A stretch of 51,836 nucleotides of DNA, the filler included, from Ionaspis alba (Eukaryota): the NCBI GenBank assembly GCA_964255285.1. It is 2 parts of 2 records of this genome, joined end to end, with 100 filler letters (N's around TTAATTAATTAA, not from the genome) between each part and the next. Parts side by side here need not be neighbours in the genome. Positions count along the whole stretch, not along the records: positions 26,024 to 51,836 come from CAXUUL010000153.1; 1 more part is not named here. The stretch is one strand, 5' to 3'. Position numbers and translations under genes: made by a program. The notes below the pieces were generated by a model. It was not told the origin of the DNA. It worked only from the letters and a program-made list of their open reading frames with translations, and did no database searches. Shown in pieces: positions 48,483-51,836 of the stretch. Numbering within the stretch: position 1 is the stretch's first letter; the number at the start of each line of letters is the position of its first letter.

Positions 48483-50321
48483 ATGCGTGAAATCGTACGT
48501 ATCCTTCCTGGACATACCCGCGTGGACGGGATTTTGCACGCGTCTATTGTCCACACTCCTTTTACCCCGCGACACAAGTCGAGCGAGATCCTAGTTGACT
48601 GACTGTTATTGTTGTGGTATATAGGTTCATCTTCAGACCGGACAATGCGTGAGTAACCTCCACATACCATGTCTCATTCATAAGTTGACACCTTTAGGGT
48701 AACCAAATTGGTGCTGCCTTCTGGTTCGTTCCACCTTTGGCCACCTTACGATACCGCAAAAGGCTCACTGTATCTACCCAATAGGCAAACAATCTCCGGC
48801 GAGCATGGACTTGATGGCTCAGGCGTGTTAGTATTGATGTGCCAGTCGTAAACACCTCATGTGTTGACCGCCACATAGGTACAACGGGACTTCTGATCTC
48901 CAGCTCGAACGTATGAATGTGTACTTCAATGAGGTAATGCCTGCTACCATTCCACTATCGAAGTCTTATTTATGGTACCTAGGCGTCCAACAACAAATAT
49001 GTTCCACGTGCCGTTCTCGTCGATCTTGAGCCTGGTACCATGGATGCAGTCCGAGCTGGTCCGTTCGGTCAGCTCTTCCGTCCCGACAACTTCGTCTTCG
49101 GTCAGTCTGGAGCTGGAAACAATTGGGCAAAGGGTCACTACACTGAGGGTGCCGAATTGGTTGACCAGGTCCTCGATGTTGTACGTCGTGAAGCCGAAGG
49201 CTGCGACTGTCTCCAGGGTTTCCAGATCACCCACTCTCTCGGTGGTGGAACTGGAGCTGGCATGGGTACGCTATTGATCTCGAAGATCCGTGAGGAGTTC
49301 CCAGACCGCATGATGGCGACATTCTCAGTCGTCCCCTCTCCCAAGGTCTCGGATACCGTTGTCGAGCCTTACAACGCAACATTGTCCGTTCATCAGCTGG
49401 TGGAGAACTCTGATGAGACCTTCTGCATCGACAATGAGGTGAGCGAACGTACGCAAGATGGGCGACATCCGAGCTAAATCCTTCAGGCTCTCTACGACAT
49501 CTGCATGCGCACTCTCAAACTACCAGCCCCTACCTATGGTGATCTCAACTACCTTGTCTCTGCTGTCATGTCCGGTGTTACAACCTGCCTTCGTTTCCCC
49601 GGTCAGCTCAACTCCGATCTGCGCAAGCTGGCTGTAAACATGGTTCCTTTCCCTCGTCTACACTTCTTCATGGTTGGTTTCGCACCCCTTACCAGCCGTG
49701 GTGCATTTACTTTCCGTGCGGTTACCGTTCCAGAATTGACCCAGCAAATGTTCGACCCCAAGAACATGATGGCTGCGTCTGACTTCAGGAATGGTCGCTA
49801 CCTTACCTGCTCTGCCATCTTGTAAGTTATTTTTCTTCTGGTAATATTGAGTACCACTGACGATACCTAGCCGTGGCAAGGTCTCCATGAAAGAGGTTGA
49901 GGACCAGATGCAGAACGTCCAGAGGAAGAACTCGTCCTATTTCGTAGAGTGGATCCCGAACAACGTCCAGACCGCTCTCTGCTCCATCCCTCCTAAGGGC
50001 CTCACCATGTCCGCAACGTTCGTTGGCAATTCCACATCCATCCAGGAGCTCTTCAAGCGTGTTGGGGACCAGTTCTCCGCCATGTTCCGTCGCAAGGCTT
50101 TCTTGCATTGGTACACTGGTGAGGGTATGGACGAGATGGAATTCACTGAGGCTGAGAGCAACATGAACGATCTGGTCTCTGAGTATCAGCAATACCAGGA
50201 AGCTTCGGTCTCAGAGGGTGAAGAGGAATAGTACGTCTAGACTTTTTTCCTACTCATGCAGTCCATACTAATTTTGTATCTCTACAGCGAGGAAGAGGCT
50301 CCAGTCGAGCACGAGGAGTAA
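48483..50321 (+). CDS. benA: Beta-tubulin (benA/TUB2 type); 9 exons
   Basis: [84 protein letters not shown]; 8 GT-AG introns, first 48495-48624, last 50231-50287. Confidence 0.98.
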
Positions 50322-51836
50322 TCGCACTCAATCTCACCGGAAGCAGACAGGAGCGAGTGGTACATGACTTGATGTAGGAGCGAAGGATTCTGTGCGTTTG
50401 ATTGCAGTGTTGAAAATTGCGGATAAGATTGTGTTCTGGGTCTTAAAGTGCAAGGTGTCCTAATCACTATTAGAATCCAATGAGTCAAATATCGGATCGC
50501 AAATGCATTTGTCATTGACCTTCATATTGTGAATGCTAATACTTGAACCTGTGTCTACAATTCAATCAATGAAGAGCTCTTGCTATGCACGCTGCCTCCG
50601 AGCTCCTCTGCTCACCCACACAATCTTGTCTCACTAAGTGCGTTTTCATCATTACCAAGTTGTTGCCTTCCGTGTTTGTCATATATCGACTTGTGTATTT
50701 TCGTTGCAGGTATACTTGCTACAGCTAGAAGCGCTCCATCATTCCATTCACCAAGCTTGTTCTTGAAGCTTGGGCTGCTAAATATGACACTCTACACAAG
50801 GTACTGTCATTGTTATTACCATATTTATTGCTTCTGCTCTGGCCATTGAAGACCACCTCAACTCCACCTGATCATTAACGACGCGACAGCCAGAGCTCCA
50901 GAACACTGCTTCTGATATTATCGGGGAAAGAACAAAATACGAAAGGTCTTTAATTCAAAGTGGTCCGGCATTTTTGAAGTCGTTCGTTTAGACGAAACTA
51001 CTGATGGATTAAATTGCACGGTACGCTGCCGCTTTCTGCCATACAAATTAAAATTGCTAAACCACCCCTCAGGCTTTTTCTTTGAACAACTTTAAGTTGT
51101 ATCAAACCTCGGCGAGGTTACCGACGAGCTTCGTCATCAAAGACAGTTTGTCAATGACTCAAGCACCGAAGTTGAGTCCCATTCTGACGCATGTTATCAA
51201 AGAAAGGCGATGACGCAGCAACTGGATGAGAGAAAGGTCCAGCCGGAACGCCCACGGCCGCATTGGAGTGGCACCATCGAGAATCGTCGTCGTTTCCTTC
51301 TTGTGTGTCCGCAAGATTTGGATCGCAACAGTCTTGTCATACCTGCAGTCGGTTGCGAGGCGCAACAATCTATATTTGATCCTATTTGGTACAAGGGAGA
51401 ACCCTTTTTATCCCGGCCTCAGCGCTCCGGGATTCGACACAAGCTCTAGCTTCCAGGAAGTGTAGCCAATCGTGTGAACATGCTCAGATTTCCCGACCCT
51501 TCGATGTCGACGAGGACTGCCATTGGTAACGAAGTGCCTCTTCTAGGATTAACCAAGTGTATCTGCATTATTGCAGGGGTACGGAAGATCATTGAAGCAT
51601 ATGTGGTATCGGAAAATACTAAGCTCATCATGATTCTAGGTCGTTCGTCCTCGGCGACATTTTTGAGTCAAACTTCGACCCCAGCTGTTGGACGCGATAC
51701 TGCCCGGGACAAATAGTGAAGACTTGGTACACTCTAACTTTCTATTGGGTAAAGTTACAGAAAGCTGCAGATGTAAGCAGCATATTTAAAGATTGTCATG
51801 CCGTTGATTTAGGCTAGAGAATTGCGATCAGTGTAT

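Noticed and set aside
50580..51836. Short ORFs on both strands at the window end
   Set aside because: No recognisable protein or splice model. A decayed gene cannot be excluded but is unsupported.
1..51836. Transposons, RIP-degraded AT-rich blocks, secondary-metabolite cluster, tRNA/rRNA genes
   Set aside because: No transposase/RT ORFs, TIRs/LTRs, AT-rich tracts, PKS/NRPS genes or cloverleaf structures recognised by eye. A covariance-model scan would be needed to exclude small ncRNAs.

Overview
Gene-dense, intron-containing DNA from a filamentous ascomycete (Pezizomycotina-type short GT-AG introns with CTRAY branch sites), from a draft scaffold with three gaps. After hand-splicing I find 22 complete or gapped genes plus one gene fragment. 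Conserved genes: proteasome alpha-1 (SCL1), a PPR protein, OXR1, VID27, AP-1 beta (APL2), an HbxA/Pah1-type homeobox factor, glycerol-3-phosphatase, NUG1, DPB4, branched-chain ketoacid dehydrogenase E2, a LIM protein, an MCT-like MFS transporter and beta-tubulin. Others: a C2H2 factor whose fingers lie in an exon the ORF track does not translate, and two uncharacterised proteins. The main biological oddity is six F-box/F-box-like genes inserted among the housekeeping genes, four of them divergent members of one family (F..LP.E.R..IY ... L..C+...EA...Y..N.F). Also seen: two GC-AG introns, a strong C-rich to G-rich switch along several coding strands, a DIS3 3' fragment after an artificial six-frame-stop linker, and a 55-bp overlap artefact. 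No tRNA/rRNA, transposon or CRISPR was recognised. I cannot demonstrate a new biological system. All family calls come from motif recognition, not database searches.
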